Notes under the pieces: generated by a model | What the model was told of the DNA's origin: nothing | What the model saw: only the letters and a program-made list of their open reading frames with translations | Database searches by the model: none | Made by a program: the position numbers and the translations under genes | Assembly (NCBI GenBank): GCA_963662795.1 | Contig: OY759746.1 | Coordinates: forward strand, 1,248,001 to 1,312,000 | From: Spirochaetia bacterium | GTDB taxonomy: Bacteria > Spirochaetota > Spirochaetia > CADAEX01 | Direction of reading: 5' to 3' | DNA: 64,000 nucleotides | Part shown: piece by piece, positions 38,610 to 48,283 of the stretch | Layout: every line of letters starts with the position of its first letter | Position numbering within the stretch: the first letter of the stretch is position 1

Positions 38610-38801
38610 TTATTTAACTTTTTCTGAGTTCTTGAAGGCAGGGCAGTTGCGGCCGGTATTTCTGAGGACAACAAGCGAAGGGAGTTCCCTGCTTTTTATG
38701 TTAAAGACAGAGCATGCCCGCGGAAACCTTTCATCCCAGGTTACCTTGAAGTAGACGCATTTGAAACAGTCCGGGGGAGAGCCATGAATTTCCACACACA
38801 A
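38610..38801 (-). CDS. Small 4-Cys protein of unknown function
   Basis: DCFKCVYFKVTWD..FPRAC..F..KS..LPS..V..G..CPAF pattern of a conserved small-protein family. Confidence 0.7.
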   Translation of the reverse strand: MCVEIHGSPPDCFKCVYFKVTWDERFPRACSVFNIKSRELPSLVVLRNTGRNCPAFKNSEKVK

Positions 38802-38941
38802 ATAATAACAGCTGATTCACCTCTTTGCAATATTACTGTATCAGTTGAAATGATGTTGTCAAAACAGCAGGCTTTCCCCGGCAGATTGACACCCGCATAA
38901 AAGCAATTACAATTTCCTGAAATATATGATAAACACTGAAT

Positions 38942-40261
38942 GTGAGTAAAACACAGACAAATGAGACAATGGCAGAGATGGAAAAAGCCTGGCTTGTCGG
39001 AATACGGTTCCATGAAACCCGCCAGTCAGGATACAGCCAGGCAGATACAAAAGATGATGTAACAACCCACCTTGATGAGCTTAAGGCCCTTCTTGACACC
39101 CTCGAAGTCAAATCTGCAGGCAGAACAGTTGCTTCTGTTAAAAAACCTTCAGCAGCTCTGCTGCTCGGCAGCGGTAAAACAGATGAGATAATAGCACAGG
39201 CAAAAGAGGCAGAAGCCGACCTTATTGTTTTTGATGAGAACCTTTCACCGACCCAGCAAAGGAACTGGGAAAGGGCGTCCGGCTTAAAGGTGATAGACAG
39301 ACAGGAAGTCATTATTAATATTTTCGCGGACAGGGCAAGGACAAAAGAGGCCTCCCTTCAGGTTCAGCTTGCAAGCTGCCAGTATCATCTTCCCCGCCTT
39401 GCAGGCGCGTGGCAGCACCTCTCCAGACAGAGGGGAGGTTCTTATGGAACAAAGGGAGAGGGTGAAAAACAGATAGAACTTGACAAGAGGCTTCTTCTTA
39501 AAAAGATAGCAAAGCTTAAGGAAGAACTGGATGAGGTAAAAAAGCAGAGAGGAACGATGAGGAAGCTGCGAAGCGGTAAAAAACTTTTTACCTGTGCCAT
39601 TGCAGGCTATACAAATGCGGGGAAGTCCACACTCCTTAACTCCCTTACCGGTTCGGACCTTGACGCAAACAACAGGCTTTTTGACACCCTTGACCCGGCA
39701 ACCAGAAGTTTAAGACTCCCCGGCGGAAAAGAACTTATAATAACAGATACAGTAGGTTTTATAAGAAAGCTTCCCCACCAGCTTGTGGAAGCATTTAAAT
39801 CAACCCTTGAAGAAACACTTATTGCAGACCTGATTATTCTTCTGCTGGACGCTTCAAGCAGCGAAGTTAAAAACCATTATGATGCATCGATGGATGTCTT
39901 AAAGGAAATAGGGGCAGATAACAATAAAAAACTGATTGTTTTCAACAAAGTGGATTTGTGCAATGATGATATTACGCTGGCGATGCTCAGGAGAGATTTT
40001 CCAGGTTCGGTTTTTATCTCCGCAGAAAGCGGAGATAACCTGATGCAGCTTGAAAAGGAAATTGAAAATGCGGCATCCGGGAATGACAGCGGGGTTTATC
40101 TGCTTATACCGCCGTCAAAGTATCAGCTGATTCAGCTTATAAGAAAGACCGGAATACTTGTTTCGGAAGAATATACGGAAGATGGAGCTCTGATAGAAGC
40201 CGCAGTACCGGGATATATTCTCCCGCAGCTTGATCAGTATTCAATCGAAAAGCCGGAATAG
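38942..40261 (+). CDS. hflX: Ribosome-splitting GTPase HflX
   Basis: LSPTQQRN, GEGEKQIELDKR, GYTNAGKST, DTVGFI, NKVD. Confidence 0.95.
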   Translation: MSKTQTNETMAEMEKAWLVGIRFHETRQSGYSQADTKDDVTTHLDELKALLDTLEVKSAGRTVASVKKPSAALLLGSGKTDEIIAQAKEAEADLIVFDENLSPTQQRNWERASGLKVIDRQEVIINIFADRARTKEASLQVQLASCQYHLPRLAGAWQHLSRQRGGSYGTKGEGEKQIELDKRLLLKKIAKLKEELDEVKKQRGTMRKLRSGKKLFTCAIAGYTNAGKSTLLNSLTGSDLDANNRLFDTLDPATRSLRLPGGKELIITDTVGFIRKLPHQLVEAFKSTLEETLIADLIILLLDASSSEVKNHYDASMDVLKEIGADNNKKLIVFNKVDLCNDDITLAMLRRDFPGSVFISAESGDNLMQLEKEIENAASGNDSGVYLLIPPSKYQLIQLIRKTGILVSEEYTEDGALIEAAVPGYILPQLDQYSIEKPE

Positions 40262-40527
40262 ATGCCCTGGTATTCTTTTTCTCTTATATCAACAGATGAA
40301 ACCCTTGCATAGGGAGGCCCTTTTTTCAGCCATTCAATAAAAAGGGCCGCATCTTCCGCCCTTCCTTCACATTCTATTTCAACAGAACCGTCGCTGTTGT
40401 TCCTTACCCACCCGGCTATATGGTACCTGCCTGCAGCCTTGAGTGCAGAATAACGGTATCCGACTCCCTGTACAAATCCGCATATAACGATTGAATATCT
40501 TTTTTTATCATGCCGGTTTCTGTCCAT
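40234..40527 (-). CDS. acyP: Acylphosphatase
   Basis: GFVQGVGYR, GWVRN, GPPYARV. Confidence 0.92.
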   Translation of the reverse strand: MDRNRHDKKRYSIVICGFVQGVGYRYSALKAAGRYHIAGWVRNNSDGSVEIECEGRAEDAALFIEWLKKGPPYARVSSVDIREKEYQGIYSGFSIEY

Positions 40528-40539
40528 TAACCAATCCTG

Positions 40540-41133
40540 TCAAATCCCGGAAAATGAATTAATGAAAGCTGTTATACGCGCGTGGTCAGGCGGTTTTACC
40601 AGAATAAGATCTGCAGATCTTGCAAAATCTTCCTGCCTGTTGATGCTTTGAAGAAAAATGATTTTATAACTGCTGCCGCCCATATCAAGATCTGCCATCA
40701 TCTCCCTTACAACGGGCGGCGATATATCAGCCATGCTGTCTGAAATTATAATAAACTGCGGTTTTTCTTTTGCAATTATTACTCCGGCTTCAAAAGCCGA
40801 ACTAGCGGTAAAAACAGAACACCATGGACAGCTGCCAGTAATCTTTTCCCTGAAAAGTAAGGTTAAATCAGGATCAGCCTCTAAAATACAGATTTTTTTT
40901 TCCTTTTTTTTATCTTTTACATAGGGCAGGAGTACTTCAGGGATCTTCATCCCCCTTCCCTGAAGAAATTCAATCATATTCTCGGAATAAACCCTGTACT
41001 GCCCCCCCGGAGTGGTAAAAGCCTTAAGATAGCCGTTTTTTATCCAGTTGATTGCTGTCTGATTGACAACCCCGCACATATTCGCAACTTCCAAAGCAGA
41101 AAATATTTTAAGTTTATTTTCTCTCTTCCCCAT
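40540..41133 (-). CDS. Excisionase/MerR-like HTH protein with a receiver-like domain
   Basis: SALEVANMCGVVNQTAINWI..TPGGQYRV followed by a degenerate REC domain ending LVKP. Confidence 0.8.
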   Translation of the reverse strand: MGKRENKLKIFSALEVANMCGVVNQTAINWIKNGYLKAFTTPGGQYRVYSENMIEFLQGRGMKIPEVLLPYVKDKKKEKKICILEADPDLTLLFREKITGSCPWCSVFTASSAFEAGVIIAKEKPQFIIISDSMADISPPVVREMMADLDMGGSSYKIIFLQSINRQEDFARSADLILVKPPDHARITAFINSFSGI

Positions 41134-41212
41134 AACAGCCTTCCTGAATAAAATTTACATATTAGAGATTTTATCATACAATATGTTTTTCAGGAAATCA
41201 TTTTTTATAAAA

Positions 41213-42493
41213 TCAGATAGATGTCCCGTCTTTAAGACACGCATTTTTATTTATGATAATAAGGCCGTCCCTTATGTGATAGTTGTCGTAAGTTCCATCC
41301 TTTCTCTCGATATTATCAATCCCTATCCGGCAGTTCCTTCCGATTCTCACGTTTTTATCAACAATAGCGTTTCCAATAATGGACCCTGCCCCGATACCTA
41401 TGTTCGGAATACCCTGGGAGCGGTTCACCTTTCTCTGATCATCAGTTTCATAAAAATCAGCACCCATACAATAGACATTTTCAAGGCTTGCGCCTGAATC
41501 AATAATTGTCCTTATTCCAATAAGGGAATTGCTGATAAAAGCGTCGGTTATTATTGACCCTTCACCTGCAAGGGCATTCCTGAATGTGCAGGCATTGACT
41601 TTTGAAGGGGGAAGGTCAGTCCTCCTTCCGTAAATCGGCTTCATCTCATCGTACAGGTTAAAATGAGGGGAAATTGAGGCAAGATTAAGGTTTGCCTCAT
41701 AAAAACTTCTTATTGTACCAATATCCTCCCAATAGCCCCCGTAAACATATCCTTTAACCTTATACTTGCTTAGCGCATCCGGTATAAGTTCTTTGCCAAA
41801 ATCTGAAAAATCCGAATCAAGTGATTTAAGAAGTGTTTTCGTATTGAAAATATATATACCCATTGAGGCTAAATACTCTTTTCTTTCGCTTTTTTTGCTG
41901 TCGATAATATACTTTTCCGGCATTTTATATTCTGATATATCTTTTTCATCACCGGGTTTTTCAGTAAATGTGTCAATAAAGCCTTTATCATCAAGCTTCA
42001 GAATCCCAAGGGATCCTGCTGTCTCCCTGTTAACAGGTGTAGCGGCAATACTTACTTCAGCACCTGATTCAACATGTTCCCTGAAGAATTTTTTAAGATC
42101 CATTCTGTAAAGCTGATCGCCGGAAAGAATCATAAAGTATTCAGGGTTTGGAACGAGAAAACTTGCAAGATTTTTTCTTACAGCATCCGCTGTTCCAAGA
42201 AACCACCCTGTTTCCGACCTGAAAGACTGTTTTGCCGCCATTATCCTGACAAAGCCCCTCGTGAATGTGTCAAACTGGTATGTAGAGGATATATGATTAT
42301 GAAGCGAATCCGAATTGAACTGGGTGACAATAAAAATTTCCTTTATGCCTGCATGTATGCTGTTTGATATCGGGATATCAACAAGCCTGTATCTGCATCC
42401 GAATGGAACTGCCGGTTTTGCCCTGTCTTTTGTCAATGGATAAAGCCGTTCCCCTTTTCCTCCGCCGAGAATAACACACGCAATCCTGTCCAT
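41213..42493 (-). CDS. glgC: Glucose-1-phosphate adenylyltransferase
   Basis: LGGGKGERLYPLT..RAKPAVPFG, GTADAV, LSGDQLYRMD, ASMGIY, YWEDIGTI; ATG at 42493 with GGAGG RBS. Confidence 0.95.
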   Translation of the reverse strand: MDRIACVILGGGKGERLYPLTKDRAKPAVPFGCRYRLVDIPISNSIHAGIKEIFIVTQFNSDSLHNHISSTYQFDTFTRGFVRIMAAKQSFRSETGWFLGTADAVRKNLASFLVPNPEYFMILSGDQLYRMDLKKFFREHVESGAEVSIAATPVNRETAGSLGILKLDDKGFIDTFTEKPGDEKDISEYKMPEKYIIDSKKSERKEYLASMGIYIFNTKTLLKSLDSDFSDFGKELIPDALSKYKVKGYVYGGYWEDIGTIRSFYEANLNLASISPHFNLYDEMKPIYGRRTDLPPSKVNACTFRNALAGEGSIITDAFISNSLIGIRTIIDSGASLENVYCMGADFYETDDQRKVNRSQGIPNIGIGAGSIIGNAIVDKNVRIGRNCRIGIDNIERKDGTYDNYHIRDGLIIINKNACLKDGTSI

Positions 42494-42587
42494 CACATTC
42501 CTCCCCAAAGAAATTTATTACTCCATATACTTCAATTGTAGGTTTCTCTTAACTTATAAGTCAAACAGTTATTTCCTGTAATTCAGT

Positions 42588-44069
42588 TCATATAAGGTTA
42601 TTTCTCATTTTAAGCAGTTCAAGGTATAATGATTTGTATTTACCGGCAGATTTACTCCAGGAAAAATCTTTTTTCATGGCCCTGATTTTCATTTTTTCAA
42701 TATCGCTTTTTTTATTATACCAGGTTGAGACTGCCCAGCCGACAGTGTTGTAAAGGGAAGACGGATTCAAATCATTGAATACAAATCCCGTTCCCTCTCC
42801 TGTTTCCTCATTATAGTTTTCAACTGTATCGGCAAGCCCGCCGGTGTTGCGCACAATCGGGAGGGTCCCGTATTTAAGTGAATAAAGCTGATTAAGCCCG
42901 CACGGTTCATACCTGCTGGGCATAAGAAAGAAATCGCATCCTGCCTCGGCAAGATGGGCAAGGCGCTCATTATAGCCGATCCGCACTTTAAGATTTTCAA
43001 GCCGGGAAGCGAGCCGGCCAAGTTCAACTTCACACCACCTGTCTCCGGAACCCACAATTACAAACTGGAGATCAAAATCCCTGCAGATATGATAAAGGCT
43101 GCCGCTCCCGGGAAAGATGAGTTCGTTTATCCCTTTCTGTGAAACCAGTCTCGTAACCATTCCGATAACCGGTTTTTCCGCATCTTCATGCAGTCCAAGT
43201 TCCCTCTGGAGAGTTTTCTTTACTTTCTTTTTATTAGCCGGTTTTGAAGGCGAATAGTTGTCCGGGGCAATCATAGAATCTGTTTCAGGATTCCAGTGGT
43301 CATAATCCGCGCCGTTTAGAATCCCGTGCAGATCATTCTTCCTTAATCCAAGGAGCCCTTCAAGCCGGTGGCCATGCTCAGGCGTTTTTATTTCCTCGCC
43401 ATAGGTAGGAGAAACCGTAGTAAGTAAATCCGCCGTTACTATGCCTGTTTTAAGAAAGTTAAGTGCTCCGTCAAATTCAAGTTCAGACAGTTCCCAGGTT
43501 GAATGATACTTTTTTACAAATCCGGAATCCGACAATGGAAAAATCCCCTGATAACCAAGATTATGGATAGTCAGCATTGAAAAACTACCGGAAAACTCTC
43601 CTGCATGCTCCTCCCTGCGGAGGAAATAAGGAACCAGAGAGGATCCCCAGTCGTGGCAGTGAAAAACATCAGGAATCCATCCAGTCATTCTGCACAGATG
43701 AAAAACAGATCTGCAGAAAAATGCATAGCGTTTCGCGTTGTCGGGATAACCTTCTTCCGGTGTATTTCCGTAGATTCCGCTTCTTCCGTAAAGTTCTTCA
43801 TGATCGATAAAATAAACCGGAACGCCGGATGAAGGCAGTTCACCTTTATAAACAGCGGCCCATTCATCTCCGTAAGGCATGGGAACATAAAGAGGGGAAG
43901 GATGTTTTTCAAGACTGGTCCTGTCAACACAATAATAACGGGGCATCACAATCCTTACATCTGTATCCATGGATATAAGAGATGATGAAAGAGCGCTGAC
44001 CATGTCGGCAAGCCCGCCTGTTTTCGCAAAGGGGGAAGTTTCTGTCGTTACCATCAATATTCGAACCAT
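42588..44069 (-). CDS. glgA: Glycogen synthase (GT5)
   Basis: KTGGLAD, HCHDW, TIHNLGYQG, PSRYEPCGLNQ. Confidence 0.95.
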   Translation of the reverse strand: MVRILMVTTETSPFAKTGGLADMVSALSSSLISMDTDVRIVMPRYYCVDRTSLEKHPSPLYVPMPYGDEWAAVYKGELPSSGVPVYFIDHEELYGRSGIYGNTPEEGYPDNAKRYAFFCRSVFHLCRMTGWIPDVFHCHDWGSSLVPYFLRREEHAGEFSGSFSMLTIHNLGYQGIFPLSDSGFVKKYHSTWELSELEFDGALNFLKTGIVTADLLTTVSPTYGEEIKTPEHGHRLEGLLGLRKNDLHGILNGADYDHWNPETDSMIAPDNYSPSKPANKKKVKKTLQRELGLHEDAEKPVIGMVTRLVSQKGINELIFPGSGSLYHICRDFDLQFVIVGSGDRWCEVELGRLASRLENLKVRIGYNERLAHLAEAGCDFFLMPSRYEPCGLNQLYSLKYGTLPIVRNTGGLADTVENYNEETGEGTGFVFNDLNPSSLYNTVGWAVSTWYNKKSDIEKMKIRAMKKDFSWSKSAGKYKSLYLELLKMRNNLI

Positions 44070-44083
44070 GAATTATTATTCCT

Positions 44084-45760
44084 TTATTCCTTTATTCTGA
44101 ATATTTTTGCTTCACACTGATCCAGGGAAACATCAAAAACCATGTCGGTAATATTCATCTCCCGTCCGTTAAGCACATTTACCAGTTTGAACCATTTGAA
44201 AGGAAGCCGGAAATCCTTCTGGTTCATAACTATTGTTGCCCCTTTGTATATATCAAGATTGACAAGAAGAAGCCAGGCGGATTTTCCGGCTATATCGCTT
44301 CTTACCACACCGATTATCGAATTGTGGTTGTTGTCAATAAAGTGGATATTCCCTATCTCCTGGAAAACTGGTTCTGTTTCAAGAATATTATTGATTATTC
44401 TGAACATCTCACGGAAATCGTTATTTCCCGATATTACAGCTTTATTATTTCTTCCTATGAAATGGATCTTTTTCTCTATGCCGGTTTCACTTCCCTGGAC
44501 AATACCGGTCTGCCCGGTACCCAGGAGCGCGTAAATCACATACCTTGCCATAGTTGAGCATACGCTTCCGTATTCCTCTGCCGGGCTGCCTGTATCGTGG
44601 GTTGTAAGCGGAAGAAAATACTTGAGTCCCCCTTGAGTATGTATATTTCTCAGATAGCGTCTTAAATCAGGGGCAGACCTGTATTCCCATGGATTGCCGA
44701 GAATAAGGTTAAGCTGCCAGTCCGGAACGTTTTTATAGAAATTCTCTTTGGAAGAAAAATACTCTCCTATCAGAATAAGATCAGGGTAATCAAGTTTAAG
44801 CTTTCCTGTTATATATATCATGAACATCGAATTGGAGCTGTGCAGATTGTCAAATCTTAAGCCCCCTCCGGTATAATCCGCATAGTTTCCCCAGAAATCA
44901 ACATAATGGTACATATAATTCCATATTTCATAGCTTATACCGGGATCATTGTGGGCATAATTAACAAGAACAAGATCCTCCCATTTTATCCAGGAGTTGT
45001 TATGGGTGCATCCTGCCCTTTTCAGTCCGTCTTTTTCATTGCTGTCCTTGACAATCCAGTCACTGCAGTCCTTTGCAAGATTGCTCTCATTGCTGATATG
45101 ATTAACAACAATATCGAGAAACAGTTTTATACCGAGCTTTTTTACTTCTTCAACAAACCCTTCAAACTGTGTTATTCCGTCGGAAGTGTCATCCTGATCC
45201 AGGAAAGAGGAGTCAATTTCAAAAAGATTTACAGCTGAATAAGGGCTTTCCGAACTGCCCATCCTGGTTACCGGGAGAAGATGTATCGCGTTAAAACCGC
45301 TTTCGCGAATATCTGGAAGCATTTTTTTCCAGTCTGATATAGTACCGGAGACGGTAGGAATAAGGGTATAGATCCGCAGGCTCTTCATCGTAGGAGGGTC
45401 GACAAGAACTTTTCTTACAGGCCCTGCATCCCAGAACCAGGTTTTTCCATTATCAAATGAATATTTTATTTTGAATTCAAAGAGGCCGCATTTGCTGAAT
45501 TTATATTCAAGCTTGAACCTTCCCGGGGAAAGCTCGTCCATGGGATAATTTTTCCATTTTACTTTCTGCTGTTCATCAGGAAAATCGGCAAAAATATCAA
45601 CAATAATTTTTTTCTTTACATTTGTAACCTCAATTTCAAGGTAAATCTCGGTATCTCTAATCGTTCTGATAATTTTTTCATCCTGATACGGGTGAGCAAA
45701 TATAATTTCACCTTCCCTGCCATAGGCAGATTTCAGGACAGGTATAGGTCTTCTTTCCAA
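44084..45760 (-). CDS. GH13 alpha-glucan enzyme resembling the 4-alpha-glucanotransferase half of the eukaryotic glycogen debranching enzyme
   Basis: GFNAIHLLP..SESPYS, DIVVNH, WEDLV, GLRFDNLHS (nucleophile), IGEYF (acid/base), TTHDT. Confidence 0.8.
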   Translation of the reverse strand: MERRPIPVLKSAYGREGEIIFAHPYQDEKIIRTIRDTEIYLEIEVTNVKKKIIVDIFADFPDEQQKVKWKNYPMDELSPGRFKLEYKFSKCGLFEFKIKYSFDNGKTWFWDAGPVRKVLVDPPTMKSLRIYTLIPTVSGTISDWKKMLPDIRESGFNAIHLLPVTRMGSSESPYSAVNLFEIDSSFLDQDDTSDGITQFEGFVEEVKKLGIKLFLDIVVNHISNESNLAKDCSDWIVKDSNEKDGLKRAGCTHNNSWIKWEDLVLVNYAHNDPGISYEIWNYMYHYVDFWGNYADYTGGGLRFDNLHSSNSMFMIYITGKLKLDYPDLILIGEYFSSKENFYKNVPDWQLNLILGNPWEYRSAPDLRRYLRNIHTQGGLKYFLPLTTHDTGSPAEEYGSVCSTMARYVIYALLGTGQTGIVQGSETGIEKKIHFIGRNNKAVISGNNDFREMFRIINNILETEPVFQEIGNIHFIDNNHNSIIGVVRSDIAGKSAWLLLVNLDIYKGATIVMNQKDFRLPFKWFKLVNVLNGREMNITDMVFDVSLDQCEAKIFRIKE

Positions 45761-45775
45761 ATGATTCCTCCTGAT

Positions 45776-48223
45776 TTAACCTGAAACTACAGGTTTAATT
45801 TTCCATATTTTTTCAGAATATTCCCTGATCGACCTGTCGCTTGAGAATTTACCGGCTGCAGAAACATTCAGGATTGCCTTTTCATTCCATCTGCCGCTGT
45901 CAGTGTAAAGGTTCCAGGCTGCGTCATGCGCCTCAATATACGACGGCAGATCCACAAAATGCATGTATGTATCATACTTTAAAAGCATATCCTGAATCGG
46001 ACTGAATACACCCGGTTCATTAAGGTCAAAATAACCGTAAAAAATAAGGTCGGCAGCCTGTTTTATTGCCGGATCTTTCATGTACCATTCTGTAGGACTA
46101 TATCCGTTTCTAAGTTCAGCAATTTCGTCAGCGTTTTTCCCGAAAATAAAGATGTTCTCTTTTCCGACTTCCTGCGCAATTTCGACATTGGCGCCGTCGT
46201 AGGTGCCTATTGTAAGCGCGCCGTTAAGCATGAATTTCATGTTGCTGGTGCCGGATGCCTCTGTGCCCGCAGTTGATATCTGTTCAGAAATGTCAGCGGC
46301 AGGGATTATTTTTTCAGCAAGGGAAACACCGTAATCCCACAGAAAATATAGTTTTATCATGCTGTTGGTGTCTGTGTCCCTGTTGATAACAGTTGACACA
46401 TTGCATATCAGCTTAATAATCAGTTTTGCCATCCCGTATCCGGGGGCAGCTTTTCCGCCAAGCAGAAATGTATGGGGATATATTTTTTTCCCCTTTTTTA
46501 CCTGTTCATAAAGGTATACTATATGAAGAACATTCATCAGCTGTCTTTTATACTCATGTATGCGCTTAACCTGAATATCAAAAATAGAGTCCGGATTAAG
46601 ATCAATTCCATAGGAGGTTATGCACTGCTTTCCCAGCTGGAATTTTGCATCTCTTTTTGTTTTTTTGAATTTTTCCTGAAATGCGGAATCCGCGGCGAGA
46701 GGGGCAAGCTGTTTAAGGTGTGTCAGCTCTGTAATCCACCCGTCTCCGATAGTTTCCGTTATCAGATTTGCCAGTGATGGATTCGCCTTCAAAAGCCATC
46801 TCCGCTGGGTTATGCCGTTAGTGATATTTATAAATCGATCGGGATACATTTCATAAAAATCCTTAAAAAGCCTCTCTTTCAGCAATCTTGTATGAAGCTC
46901 TGCCACCCCGTTAACAGTATTTGAGCCGACAACGGATAGATTTGCCATCCTTACATGCTTTGTGCTGTTTTCGCCTATTATGCTCATACTGGCAAGTTTT
47001 CCCATATCATAGGGAAAGGCAGTTGAAACCTTCTGCAGGAATTTCTGGTTTATCTGATATATAATCTCAAGATGCCGGGGAAGATATTTCTCAAACATCC
47101 CGACAGGCCAGACCTCAAGCGCTTCCGGCATCAGTGTATGATTGGTAAAGCCGAATATCTTAAAGCATACATTCCAGGCTACATCCCAGGGTAGCCGCTC
47201 TTCATCAACCAGTTTTCGCATAAGCTCAGGAACAGCCAGGGCCGGATGGGTATCGTTAAGCTGGATTGCAGTTTTATCTGAAAGATCTGTATAAGGAAGT
47301 CCCAGAGTCCTGAAACGCCTTAAAATATCCTGGATAGAGCATGAAACAAAGAAATATTCCTGCTTGAATCTCAGTTCTTTACCTTCGTTAAAACTGTCGT
47401 TAGGGTAAAGCACCTTGGTAAGGCTCTCCGCTCTTGCCTGTCTGTCAACAGAATAATAATAGTCGCCCTGATTGAATTTCTTATAATTGAATTTTTCAAG
47501 GCTGGTAGCGCGCCACAGCCGCAGAATATTAATAGTCCTGCCGCCGTATCCGACAACCGGCATGTCATATGGAATTCCGATTATATCATCGGTATCAACC
47601 CAGCTGACTAAATTATTCTCATCCTTTTCAAGACGTCCCCCGAACTGCACGATACACGGGATATCCGGCCTTTTAATTTCCCAGGGGTTGCCGTATTTCA
47701 GCCAGTCATCAGGTTTTTCAACCTGATAGCCGCTTGCAATTTCCTGCCTGAATATCCCGAACTCATAGCGGAGGCCGTAGCCTATTGCCGGATAATCCAT
47801 CGTTGCGAGCGAATCAAGATAACAGGCAGCCAGCCTTCCAAGTCCGCCATTTCCCAGACCCTGATCATGTTCAAGTTCCTGAATCTCCTGAAGGGGCACA
47901 CCAAGATTTTTCATGGCTTCTTTCAGCTGATCCTGAATACCCAGATTGATTATATTGTTTCCTATCGCCCTGCCCATAAGGTATTCGATTGAAAAATAGT
48001 AAAGTTTTCGGCCAATATCCTTTTCGTGGACTTTTTTTGTTTTAACCCACCTTTCAATAAGCCTGTCCCTTATTGTATAAACAAGGGCATAATACCTGTC
48101 ATACTTTGATTTTGACTTCGGATCTATGGCAAGACTGTATTTCAGATGCTCTTCAAACCCTGAAGCTATTGATTCAGCATCTGTACCCTGTCTTGATGTG
48201 AACACATTATTACCGTTTAACAT
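45776..48223 (-). CDS. glgP: Glycogen phosphorylase
   Basis: GLGNGGLGRLAAC, QLNDTHP, KRIHEYKRQ, EASGTSNMKF. Confidence 0.96.
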   Translation of the reverse strand: MLNGNNVFTSRQGTDAESIASGFEEHLKYSLAIDPKSKSKYDRYYALVYTIRDRLIERWVKTKKVHEKDIGRKLYYFSIEYLMGRAIGNNIINLGIQDQLKEAMKNLGVPLQEIQELEHDQGLGNGGLGRLAACYLDSLATMDYPAIGYGLRYEFGIFRQEIASGYQVEKPDDWLKYGNPWEIKRPDIPCIVQFGGRLEKDENNLVSWVDTDDIIGIPYDMPVVGYGGRTINILRLWRATSLEKFNYKKFNQGDYYYSVDRQARAESLTKVLYPNDSFNEGKELRFKQEYFFVSCSIQDILRRFRTLGLPYTDLSDKTAIQLNDTHPALAVPELMRKLVDEERLPWDVAWNVCFKIFGFTNHTLMPEALEVWPVGMFEKYLPRHLEIIYQINQKFLQKVSTAFPYDMGKLASMSIIGENSTKHVRMANLSVVGSNTVNGVAELHTRLLKERLFKDFYEMYPDRFINITNGITQRRWLLKANPSLANLITETIGDGWITELTHLKQLAPLAADSAFQEKFKKTKRDAKFQLGKQCITSYGIDLNPDSIFDIQVKRIHEYKRQLMNVLHIVYLYEQVKKGKKIYPHTFLLGGKAAPGYGMAKLIIKLICNVSTVINRDTDTNSMIKLYFLWDYGVSLAEKIIPAADISEQISTAGTEASGTSNMKFMLNGALTIGTYDGANVEIAQEVGKENIFIFGKNADEIAELRNGYSPTEWYMKDPAIKQAADLIFYGYFDLNEPGVFSPIQDMLLKYDTYMHFVDLPSYIEAHDAAWNLYTDSGRWNEKAILNVSAAGKFSSDRSIREYSEKIWKIKPVVSG

Positions 48224-48283
48224 TACAAAACCCCCCGGTTCCTATAAAAACTCAATCAGTAAATATTAATATAAAAAAGTACA

